A DNA stretch of 62,571 nt, the filler included, from Hausera hauseri (lineage: Eukaryota), in NCBI GenBank assembly GCA_046269625.1. It is 11 parts of 11 records of this genome, joined end to end, with 100 filler letters (N's around TTAATTAATTAA, not from the genome) between each part and the next. Parts side by side here need not be neighbours in the genome. Positions count along the whole stretch, not along the records: positions 25,166 to 39,261 come from JBJURY010677661.1; positions 39,362 to 43,389 come from JBJURY010808976.1; positions 43,490 to 47,598 come from JBJURY010756542.1; positions 47,699 to 53,740 come from JBJURY010149200.1; 7 more parts are not named here. The stretch is one strand, 5' to 3'. The number at the start of each line of letters is the position of its first letter. Within the stretch, counting starts at the first letter, position 1. The notes beneath the pieces are model-generated. The model was not told the origin of the DNA. It saw only the letters and a program-made list of their open reading frames with translations, and searched no databases. The position numbers were made by a program, and so were the translations under genes. Of this stretch, positions 38,578 to 49,949 are shown piece after piece.

Positions 38578-39186
38578 TCAAATTTTTAAGAGAAAATATT
38601 CATGTGGTATAACGAATATTTGATTAAATATTAGGAATGAAAAGTTTTCATTATCAGTATTATCTAGATTTAAACTAAAGGTATTTAGTACATTTTCTCC
38701 TTGGGTTAAAATGGGATCTCTCAGCATTAAACGAACTTTAGTCTCTTCGTTTCTATTGAGTGTTCTCCCGCAGTTGGCTTGTAAAATGGCATTAATTTCG
38801 TCAAAAATCGCGTTCTCAGTGCCTAAAGAAGCGATAAAACTTTGACGAATCGCAAGCAACTCATCTGAATAATCCGTGTTGCTGTCCCGAATTGCACCAA
38901 AGTTTGCAGAATACAATCTGGTAAATGCTTCGCGTAAGTCTCTTTTTTCTTGCAGACTACTACAACGTTGAAAAGCTTGATTTAACAACGGCTGAACTAC
39001 ACCACTCAGGAAAATTGGAAGTCGCTCTGCAACCGTTTCTGGCAGTGCCGCGGTAGGGTGTCTCTGACCCATATTTGCTATATGTCCTAAACTTCCAGCA
39101 GGACAAGAGGGAGAATCGAAGGTAATATCATTCTCATTGTGGGAGCGTCTAATGTCTGCTAATTTAACCAGAAAGTTGCCACGCAT
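38578..39186 (-). CDS. Bacterial-type hypothetical protein fragment (possible Legionellales effector-like helical domain)
   Basis: 202-aa uninterrupted standard-code ORF with ADIRRSHN...DSPSCPAG motif; composition differs from the mtDNA. Confidence 0.5.
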   Translation of the reverse strand: MRGNFLVKLADIRRSHNENDITFDSPSCPAGSLGHIANMGQRHPTAALPETVAERLPIFLSGVVQPLLNQAFQRCSSLQEKRDLREAFTRLYSANFGAIRDSNTDYSDELLAIRQSFIASLGTENAIFDEINAILQANCGRTLNRNEETKVRLMLRDPILTQGENVLNTFSLNLDNTDNENFSFLIFNQIFVIPHEYFLLKI

Positions 39187-39261
39187 AAACTACTACCCGG
39201 CTAAAGCCGGTAGTTTTGGTAAACGCTTGTAAAGCAGATTAAAAGCGTGAACGCTAAAACT
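39187..39261 (-). mobile_element. IS200/IS605-like element end
   Basis: Hairpin CTACC(C)GGC-TAAA-GCCGGTAG followed by a second imperfect hairpin ACGCTT...AAGCGT. Confidence 0.5.
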
Positions 39262-39989
39262 NNNNNNNNNNNNNNNNNNNNNNNNNNNNNNNNNNNNNNN
39301 NNNNNTTAATTAATTAANNNNNNNNNNNNNNNNNNNNNNNNNNNNNNNNNNNNNNNNNNNNAGCAGGCTATTCCACAACCGTTGTCCTACTACAAAGCTG
39401 CATTATGCACAACTCCTTTGTAGTGCCATTTTATTGTCGAGCCCTGGACACAAAAGTCTATCGAGCATGCCAGACGGTCCACCTTGAGACCATCTCATTA
39501 CTATGCCTGTCGCAGACTAGGGTGTTACAAAAACCCCTCTACAATAATTAAATATGAAACAATTCTTTCATTGTAAGGAAAATAAAAATATACAACAAAT
39601 AAATAAAATACTCGATTAAAATAACGTTGGCCATACATTAATCTTGTATAATTATCATATCACATCAGTAAAAATTACTTTCATAAACTAGAAAATGAAG
39701 TGGTACGAAAATACTGAAATTATTTGTTCCATATTTGCTAAATATCTATAAAGTTGAAATTAATTTACTCGCGTTGTCCATAAGTCAAGCAGAAAAACAT
39801 TTGGTAGAATGTGTTGCATGTAAAAAACAAAATATTAACACCACTGTTCAAATTACTCAAATAATGTAAAATGTACTTAATTTTCATATAAAATTAGTTA
39901 TTTCATTCCTTAGTTATTTCAGTTACTATACTGAAATTTTAAAAATAAATTACTTATAACCAATTATATAACAAAAAACATTTCCACCT

Positions 39990-40545
39990 CAACTGGGAAT
40001 CCGGATAAACGTTGGAACATATAAAACTGCCCTGTCTGATGCGTAATTCTTCGATTCGCAAATCAGGAATTGGATCCTCGTGTCCCTTAAACGTCTGACA
40101 ATCGTAAATGACATAATGCCGATTGCCAAGTATCCACTGATGAACGGGAAAGAAAAAATATTCCCAATAGCTTCACAATCCGTTACGGCGATCACTAATA
40201 ATCACTCGGTCCATGTACCAATCATACGGAATAATCGCTTCGATAGCTCGCCAAAATTCAATTCGTTACAATTTGTCAAAATTCCATAATTCTATCCATT
40301 TAAACTTGTTTAATCATATCGGACAGTTTTACTTTGACTCGGCACCAATCTTTATTTTTCTATACTAAACTTTGCTATAATTTTACCATCTTTATTTTGA
40401 ATTAGATTAGAATATGAAAAAGTCGGTGATTGACAATCTTCCTCATCAAATAAATTCATGTAAATCGATGGGCTATCTTCGACATTTTTAAAGTTATCGA
40501 CACAATAAAATTTAAAATACCATTTTCGATTTGTTACTACCCATG
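39990..40545 (-). pseudogene. Lipoxygenase N-terminal PLAT domain exon remnant
   Basis: IEFWR...YDWYMDRVIISD...FFPVHQWI...YDCQTF...EDPIPDLRIEELRIRQ; in-frame stops present. Confidence 0.55.
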
Positions 40546-42535
40546 CGGAAATGTTTTTTCATAAATATCTATGCAAATTAATAAGAAACTCATTTCCTCA
40601 AAAATTTATTTCAATTTATTTAAAATAACAAAAAGTATTTAATTACATTGTTTATATTATTAAAACATACGATTACATTCATAGTTGCACTTTACATATT
40701 TATTCAAATAGAAACCAATACATACTAATTTCGTAGATTTTTTAAAATCGACATTTTATTTATTAAAGTTTTATTTGTATTTAAGGAATGTCACAACAAA
40801 TAAATATAAAATTCTAAATAAATAAATGAATTTACCATGATACCACACTTGGACCATGAAAAACATTCAAGCAGGCCGTGAATCCGTAACATCTCTGTTT
40901 TCTATAAGCACGAGTATTTTGCGGAATTGTGGTTTGTGTGGTCCAGTTTCGTGCTGACAACAGTTTTAGTGACATGAAATTAACTTTCTATAATCTTCTT
41001 ATTATTTGCTATTATAAAATCCGTCATTTGTTATTAATCAGCACACTTTGTAAAATTACTGAACAAGATCACTAGAAATAAATCGTTAAATTAAAAATGC
41101 ACCTGATATTTTCGCACGTGGCTTCAGTGCCTTAAATAACCATTAAATCAAAAAATCAAAATGGCTCAAATTTAACTCACACAATTAATGCGGAAAGATT
41201 ATTCCGTTTTCAAGCCATAATACATCAAATAGTAATATGCACCTGATTCCCAAAATCCAATAATAGAAACAATGGAATCACATTGTGCCAAATAACTTTC
41301 TTCATTCGGCTAAATTACGTTAATTGTGCAAATTATTTTATCATAAATAAAGTTAACTTACGTCGAGTTTTCTCCTTCGTTTTTCAACAATATCAACATC
41401 AACCAATTCTTCAAACTATCGTGATGATTAATAAATGAAATATCTAAGTAAAAAATAACTTTAAATTTTTGTCATTCCAAATTGACATTCAATTAATATT
41501 ATTTAAACAAAATTTGTGCAACTTAATTGCAGCTAATTTCACATCGAGTAATTTCGATAAATTAAATTCTGGGTTATCTGCAAATTAACCAAACTGCTGT
41601 TTATTTTTCCAAATCACATCTATTCAGTGCCAAATCAACATTAGTCCGTGACAAAGTAATTTGTTGAAAATCCGTACTATAAATACCAGTTGTATTAACT
41701 TTCACTCCGGCTTGTTCTGATTCCGTGATATTGATTTCGGTAAAATTTTTGTGTAAATAAAGCTTCAAATTAAAATCTGTATTTAATATTAAACAGATTT
41801 TAGAATCATCTTTGACTTAATAAAAAAACGATGAATTAATAACTGAAATTAAAAGTTTAAATTGTGCGAAGTGTATGGAAAATTAATTACTGTAAATAAC
41901 AAAGACGACCGATGCAAAATATTTAATTTTTTCTGTTCCGAAATTTCAAAAATCCTCAAGGATATTATTTAAACAAGCAATGAAAAATGAGAGAATGCTT
42001 TAATATAATGAACTTCGTGAATATACCCCATTAAACTGATACATAAAATTTTGTCGAAACTTTCACGTTCGTAGTAATAAAATATTTATATTTATGTGCC
42101 GTTTCTATTCTATGGAACTGAAAAATTTACTTTTTTATCTTTTAAATATAACATGATTTTTCTAATATATTTTCATTTTCATGGGAGCTTTTTGTGTCTA
42201 AATATTTAGTGTCATTAGTTGTTTTCTGTTTAGGGTGATATAATCTCTTGTTAATGTTACTGAACATTTGTAGACCATAAATTAATAATTAATTGCCACG
42301 TTTAACTGAAACATACCACACAGTAATACGCAACTAAACTGAAACCAAAATAAAAACAAGATAACACAAATTTATTCGAAATAAATTTTTGTAATGAGCC
42401 TACAAAACTGCATTGTAAGAAAAAAAGGTAATCATATGGGAAATTGTATTTCGTGGGAAGAATATGGCATGTCATGAACTGCTGACAAAAAATAACAAAT
42501 CATCAAAAACAATTATAAATAGTCAAGTTAAGAAA

Positions 42536-43389
42536 TCATCTATCTAATTTAGATAAAAAACTATTAAATCGGGCAACATCAACCAATTTCATTCCATATT
42601 CCGATTTCAAAGTCTGATAAAAATAATCCGGTGCCTTGTTACCAACAGGTCCAACAAAGACAGCAACAAAGCACCATCGATTTCGGCGAATTTTAATTTT
42701 AAATTTCCCATTTGACAATCCGTCAGCCACTTTTCCACATCCTTTTTCGTCCATTGAGCGACACTTTTATATCCATCGACAACATCAGATCGATTAGTGG
42801 CGACTGGTGCCGCAACAACATTCACAATAACCGGCTCATCAACAGCCCCATAGTATGAATTCAAACTGCCCAACAAACCCTGAAAAGATTCATTGAAATT
42901 CCGTCGTTCGCTGAACTCGAAATACACTTTACTGCCCATGATAATGCCCAGCCATCCGCTGGCTTTGTAACGCGTTTCCAAAATCAGCGGAATAATCGGC
43001 TTTTTCAACGAGAACGCATATTCGGCTTCCGTACGGCAATTCGGACTCGTTCGATACGCTTCGGAAACAGCCATAACGAAAACGCCGGAATTTTCAATGC
43101 CAGCAGCCATAGCCTCCAATGTCGATCCTTTCATTTGGTCAACGTCAATCCAAACTCGAATTCCCACCTTTTCCAATTCGTCTTTGATCGTCAATACGAT
43201 GGATTTATTCGACCAGGAATAACTAAAGAAAACATCAAAATCAAATTTCGGTTTCGCCAATTTGTCCATCCGTCGTTGATGGACTGCCGTTTTGACTCGT
43301 TGATTTTTATTGTCAACCAACCAAAGAATTCCTTCATAGCTCTTCCTAATCGACTCCCTTTCGTGGTTTTCGTATCGTTTAATAACAGA
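42536..43389 (-). CDS. ARM-TIR-SAM protein, 5'-truncated, with one frameshift near 42645
   Basis: EGILW (ARM end), DVFFSYSW, RVWIDVDQM, SPNCRTEAEYA, GWLG (TIR_2), WTKKDVEKWL...IDGALL (SAM). Confidence 0.88.
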
Positions 43390-44089
43390 NNNNNNNNNNN
43401 NNNNNNNNNNNNNNNNNNNNNNNNNNNNNNNNNTTAATTAATTAANNNNNNNNNNNNNNNNNNNNNNNNNNNNNNNNNNNNNNNNNNNNGAATACCTTAG
43501 TCAAACTTTTGTAAGACATTTGAAATGGAAGAGAAAAATAAAACAAGTAAACTTAGGCCAAATTACAGAATTAGTAATGTACCATCGTACAGGGAAATTA
43601 AAACTTCACTATAAGTATAATCCTGAAGTCTACCAATGTACTCAATATGCAAATTGACTATGGGCGATGCCAACACATGTTCTAGACGTATTAATACCAT
43701 TCTACATGAATATGTGTGCAAAATATTTTGACCGATATCAAAAGGAATCGAACTGTTTCGTTAATAATCAATCAACAGCAAATAATATATTACTAATCAA
43801 TTGCTTCCTACATTAATTTGACAAATTAGAACCAATGGCAGCTCGTCCATTTAAGAGCCAATATAATACCAAATGTCTAAACTGTAATTTTGGATTGAGG
43901 ATGTTTGATGAAATTCTGAGTACATCAGGACTGAAACTGCCTTGGTATAATCCAATGATAGAATTCATCAAAGCATGAAATTAGAATTGGAATAAAATCA
44001 TCGTTTATCAAAAAACAAGAACACAGATTAATAAATATGCAAGATTTACAACACTCAATATACCTCAGTTAATACAAAAGGTACGGTCA

Positions 44090-44182
44090 ATATATTTATT
44101 AAATATTAAATACATTGGGCCCCCCATTATTACATAAACGGCATGGTTCATATGCAGCATAATAACTGAAGCAGCAATCAAC
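44090..44182 (+). repeat. ~92-bp direct repeat, second copy at ~47508-47598
   Basis: ATTAAATACATTGGGCCCCC...GAAGCAGCAATCAAC occurs twice, nearly identical. Confidence 0.9.
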
Positions 44183-44232
44183 GACTTGAAGTTACATAAG
44201 AAACAAAAGCCAAATTTGAATGAAATGGATAA

Positions 44233-44550
44233 TTAGGCATTCATGGTACCTAATTCCTGAAAAATCAGCGTTTTCCATATTCTCAACAGAATTGTCAATC
44301 GATGATCGGAAAATACAAACTCCTTGATTTTGTTGACGTTTTCATCATTAGTTAAGGTTGATGGCTTTCCTGAACGAGACTCGTCTTTGACTGCTTCGTG
44401 ACCTTCAACAAATGAGTTGTAGCACTTTAAAACTTGTGATCTTGATAAATATTTATAGCCGAAACACTTTTGTAACATTTTCAATGCATCAAAACAAGAA
44501 ATTTCATTTTTAGACAAAATTTGATACAAATTCTTTGTTACACATATTTA
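44233..44550 (-). mobile_element. Mariner transposase N-terminal HTH fragment
   Basis: LKMLQKCFG...LSRSQV...F.EG.E.V.DE.RSG.PST...NVNKIKE...DHRLT (Mos1 HTH pattern). Confidence 0.8.
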
Positions 44551-44789
44551 ACAATATTAAAAACCCTCCGAGAACAATTTTATTCAAACACAAAAGACGC
44601 TGTAATTTCTAACATAGCAAAGCAAATGTCATGAAATTTCTGTCAACTGTTAACAACAGTCATACCACCCTACCAAATAAATATACACATCGATATTCAA
44701 CGCGCGTACTTTACTTTTCTCTCATTACTTTTCGTCCACAGTAGTATATTACTATAAATTTTATTTTTTGTGCTTTGTGATTTGCAAAT

Positions 44790-46870
44790 AGTTATGATTT
44801 TAGAGTAATCTAAGGTGCGACCAATTTTGTACTTTATATTCAGGGTTGCAAATCCATTTAAACACTCCTGGCGCATTAACGATGGCAAAAATTTTTTAAA
44901 TTTTTTCAAACACTAAATGACCTTCCGGTGTCTGCAATAGTCACTGGTATGGTTAAAAAGTCCTTAACAAAATTGGTATATTTCGTACAAGAAGCTTGTT
45001 TCATTTTTATATTTTTGTTGCTCTTGAAGTTATGTTGTCTTCGTCCATATCACTAAACTTCCACAATACCTCAAAGAAAGAACAAATCGAAGAAATAGGT
45101 TGAAATCGACGATGAAGTCTATTTATCGTAGATGTGATTACTTTCGTAAAAACATTTAAATAAAAATGTTCTTCAGCAGCTTTCTGGTCTTTCAATCTAC
45201 AGTTTATTTCGAAATGAGTTATAATTTCATTATTCGTTGGTACTTTTTTGCACTCCTCAAGAACAAATTTCCGTGAAGTTTTCAATTGTCGTATATCATT
45301 GAATCAAGTTTTCTACATTATCTTTATCTTCATCCAGCGTTGCTTTACGAAATACAGTTAAAAGATTTGTTTGATGTAATAATTTTAATATTTTTAACAA
45401 AATTTTGGACATAATAATGCACTCAAACTTTGACAAATATATTAAAAATGCTGGAATCTGTGATTGTGCTTCAGAGGGCAAATTTTTTAAGTCGATTTCT
45501 TTCAAAGCAGATTGTTTGGATTTGAAATTTAATGCCATTGTTTTACTGAATCTAGCCTTGCTGACCATGCAAGGAATATTTCTCTTCAGACTCCCACTAA
45601 AGAAATTATAAATTTGCTGAACTATACCAAAGAAAGTTATTGCTTTATTGCAGCATTCTGCACAATCTACTCCTACAGATTTAAAGTGTGTTTGCTACAA
45701 CTAGGCAATGCGGAGTTGTTATTTTTTCACAAAACAACTGCTTATGTGCAATTATATTTTCCAGCCATATTGGCTCCATTGTCATAACATTGTCTCACAC
45801 AATTGTTAAAATTTAATTTTAGTTCTCGAATTAAATTTATCAGTAGAGTATATTCTTCGATTGATTATTCCACTTCAGTAAACTTTATTTGATGAATGTT
45901 GTCTGTTCCGTTTCACTTCCTTAATAATTTCAGTTTAAAAAATGAACCGCATATATTAATAAATTCAGTCTTCACTATTGTTGAAACATTGTGAAATTGA
46001 ACTCTTTTCCTTTCTTCTTATGGAACATGGTTTCAAGAAAATTTCCAGTGAGTGCATTAGATGCAAATAACGCGAATTCTCTTTTCGAGAGAAATCAATA
46101 ACATCTAGAAAGCGCTCCAGTTCTTCCTTCCAACCTTTGCTTTGATCATTTATTTCATTTACAAGCAAATTTTCAACTCCTTTATCTTCTAATGCTCTTT
46201 TATGCGAATTTTTCCATAAAACATAATTATCATTATGTGAAATAGAATTTTTGTCAGATGGTATGTTTTTATAAAGGTTTTCCATCCAATTTGAATAGAA
46301 TATCCCAGCTTGTCTGTTAAATATGAAAACGGATTTGTACCATGGTGCAAAATAAACTGATTAATTTTGAGTACTCCAGCACAACCAATCTCTACGACAA
46401 ATTTATCCGTTCGAAAATTTCCTTGACAGAAAACTATATAGAAATGCACAGTAGTGTGAATCGGTTGCAATATTTTGATGAATGTCAAACTGCGTAACTT
46501 TTAGAAATGATTTTAACTGGTTGGAATTATTTCTGTCAAGCATGAGAAATTAATACGGTTTCAATATTCAAGAATTCTCCTTCGAAAATGTAATTGTAGA
46601 ACCGATATCATTTTCGTTCAGAAAATCGTCTTCAATATCTACTTTTGTTCTGTCGAGATTTTGTAATTCTGCTTCATTTAAAATTTCTGGACGTTTTGTT
46701 ATAATTTCATTATTTGCGCTTCTGGTTACGTCTTCTTCCGATGTTTGATTTCAGAAAAAATTCGTTATCGGCGTCAAGTTTTCTAGTGCACTCTCCCTCT
46801 TTTTTTCTTCTGCCTCTTACTTGCTCCACTTTCCTAATTCCTTTTCATCTCGAAGGTCCTATAGACACAA
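44790..46870 (-). mobile_element. Degenerate hAT (ZMYM1-like) transposase
   Basis: QCYDNGANMAGK, FFGIVQQIYNFFS, LHRRF, TIPVTIA..GRSFS, MRQECLNGFATLNI (dimerisation domain). Confidence 0.75.
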
Positions 46871-47698
46871 CAAAATTAAATATGATAAGCATTAAAACTT
46901 GGGTCTAACAATTAACAAAACCACGAAACAATATTGGACTTTCTAACTAAAGTAATATGAAAATAATACTTCCCGAAATATGCATTTTACGGACACTTAA
47001 ACTTAACGTGTACTCTTTAATTGTAAAATTAAAATTTTAAATAACTATATTCTAGTATAGTTGACTGTTAAAAATTGTAAACACAATCGATCAAGAAAAA
47101 CAAATGCGTTTTCAAACTAGCAATTGGTTGCCTACATTGCATTTTTTATAACATGCATACTCCTTAACAAGTCAGAATTATATAAAATCTTGTACGCACG
47201 AAAAAGAAGAATTTATCCTCTGTTTTTGATAAAGAGTAATATATTTTTCTGTTTTCATATGGTAAAGACATGGTAAAGACAGCAAAGAAACGAGAGGCTA
47301 ATATGAATTTCCATGTTACGAGAAAGAATTAAATGTTTTTAAATATATTTCTTCATACTTTTAATCAACATTATATTAGTTAAATTAAAAGTAATGAAGA
47401 TTTATCATTCGTTTTAATATTTTACTTTACATTTTAAATTTATTGGGCAATGAACCGCGTACAATAGCTCATGTGTTTGGTGACTAAATAGATGATTTGC
47501 TCAAAAATATATTTATTAAACATTAAATACATTGGGCCCCCATTATTACATAAACGGCATGGTTCATATGCAGCATAATAACTGAAGCAGCAATCAACNN
47601 NNNNNNNNNNNNNNNNNNNNNNNNNNNNNNNNNNNNNNNNNNTTAATTAATTAANNNNNNNNNNNNNNNNNNNNNNNNNNNNNNNNNNNNNNNNNNNN

Positions 47699-48250
47699 CT
47701 AAGAATAATCGCGAACTTCTTTATGTTGCACTTTAATATCAACTTCCTCGTCAGAACCTTTCAGTTTCCCATAATGAACTTGAGACAATGATACTGTTCC
47801 GATGAGTACAGGGTTGTTGTCAGAAAATATCTCTGAATGCTCGGAACCTAATTCGGACTTGAGAGTTTGACAAACTTTATTGTAATTCTCATTTGGAACG
47901 CTATCATGAAGTATTCGAAGAGTACTGACGTATTCTTCCGGCAAAAGATAAGTCAAGTTACCAAGATGCTGACCGGTTTTTATGAAACAGCCGCCATTCA
48001 CAACACACAGATTCGATAATTTAAAGGCGAATTTCAAATGAACAGTTGAGAGCAATTTACCGTAATCGGGATGATTTGATAAAGTTTTGTAATAAAACGA
48101 TTTGTAACAACATGTCATAGAAATTACAGTGAATTTTGTCTGTCCCAATCCGAAAATAATGTTTCTTTTGAAATAGTCAGATTTCTGGCATATCGTATAA
48201 AATGACGTCATAGCTGTTGTGCCAAAAATCAAAATTTTAAGCATAAGACA
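47699..48250 (-). CDS. aarF/ABC1 kinase ADCK1-like N-terminal part, possibly a pseudogene
   Basis: LCVVNGGCFIKTGQHLGNLTYLLPEEYVSTL..LHD, GTVSLSQVH, IKVQH; some conserved residues are altered. Confidence 0.75.
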   Translation of the reverse strand, partial: CLMLKILIFGTTAMTSFYTICQKSDYFKRNIIFGLGQTKFTVISMTCCYKSFYYKTLSNHPDYGKLLSTVHLKFAFKLSNLCVVNGGCFIKTGQHLGNLTYLLPEEYVSTLRILHDSVPNENYNKVCQTLKSELGSEHSEIFSDNNPVLIGTVSLSQVHYGKLKGSDEEVDIKVQHKEVRDYS

Positions 48251-48879
48251 GAAAATCAAACGAAAAAGAAAACTGAAAATATGCAGATTTGACAATAAAT
48301 CATCTCGACTCTGAAAATGTTTAAAAGCTATCATCAGAACAATGTTGATTATTTCTGCTTGCCACAATTTCAACTTAATAAGGAAACCGTGACATAAAAG
48401 CAGCTGCATGGTACCCCAAAGCAAAAAACTAAACTCACCAGTGAGGATTTGTATCCAGAAGTCCAACGAATGCATTCGTATAATACAACGGAATCTGCAC
48501 TGTACGTTTTCTGACACCAATTGTTGAGCCAATTTATAAGTACGAATTCTTTTGCCATCGGTCCTTTTAAAGGAATAATAAAATTTACAAATTCAGTATT
48601 CTCAACCCAGTTTCGTTGGTGCATTAAAATGTACTTTGACCATTCTTCATGCACCAACAGCATTCGCTTATTTTCTTGTGAAGTAGCGTTTTTGTAATTT
48701 GTTATAACTAACAACAGATAATTTTGTCCACCCGTCTCGGAAATATCTCCAAAAGGATAACTCATATTTAGCTTCAAAAATTTATTTTTAAACGTTCAAA
48801 AAAACATTCACTTATTATTAGAAGTTATCGTCTGTTTTAAACAATATACCTCACAACACAAAATCACAGAATATTAAAT

Positions 48880-49415
48880 CTGGCATTTGTCTATGACCCC
48901 CCCCACACTTGTTTCATGTTACGAAAATTGTACAGAAAGGCGATGGACTTGTTTTACAAAACTACTGTCATACATTTTGCAAACCTGGTCTTAGGAGCAG
49001 CATAAAAACGTCTGAAATTCCAATTCGATATCCGGAGACAAAGTGCTGTAATAAGCTTCAGGAACGAGAAATTCAAGGAACATTAATAAATTCAGAATAC
49101 CAGATTTATCTGTTGAAATGTCAAGAGATAGCCAAGTCAAAATTGTCAAATGTCTTTCATTGTAAAACACCAAGTTGCAAATACTTCTTCGTTTTAGAAG
49201 ATAAAAATATGCAACGGATAAAATGTCCTTGTTGTCCATCTGTAAATTGTATTTCGTGTTGTACGATCCACAAATCTGGTAAAACATGTAAGGATTATCA
49301 GACGAATATAAACAATAATGATAATGTTTGATGTAAAAACTCAGAAATACATTGAAAAGGAAATAGCAGAGAGTAACTGTATGAAATGTCCTGATTGCGG
49401 ATCGATTACCTCCCC
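48880..49415 (+). pseudogene. RBR E3 ligase (HOIL-1/RBCK1-like) RING1-IBR-RING2 fragment
   Basis: GDGLVLQNYCHTFC, LQEREI, FHCKTPSC, CPCCPSVNCISCCTIH.GKTCKDYQ, MKCPDC; frameshifted and cut off. Confidence 0.75.
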
Positions 49416-49949
49416 CGTGGCTGAGTTGAGAAACTGTAAAAGAAAAGCATAAAGAAAATTGTAGTATCACGAGAACAGACAAATGATTTACCTAACAAGT
49501 TTTTGTGCGTACAAGATGTTGTGCTCCATCGATGTTCAGTTGTCTGCTATAGTTACTGAAAGTAAAGGATTTGTGACGTACCTTCAATGTAGTGTCTGAC
49601 TGGTGGTAGAATTTGTCGATAGAAATATTAGTTTTAGTGTGATTAGATGTTGCTGCTGTTGAAGGTAATACAAAAGGTGGAGAAGATGTGGTTATAGGTA
49701 AATGATTCCAGTTTTCTGCGGTAGTTTGGGTAGGCGACAAATAGAGAGGTGAAGTAGGAATAGGCGAAGGTATAGAAATAAAATGTGGAAAAGAAGTAGT
49801 AATAAAAGTAGGAGTAGATGGAAATATAGGGACGGGGGCAGAAATGGAATTGGTAGGTATGATGTAGGCACAAAAATAGGACTAGTGGAAACATGCGTGG
49901 TAGACAGAGGAATTGAAATAGGAGTAGAGGTGGGTACAGATAAAAAGAA

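Noticed and set aside
40830-41820. Possible minus-strand exons
   Set aside because: Splice-like sites are present, but no recognisable domain or consistent gene model
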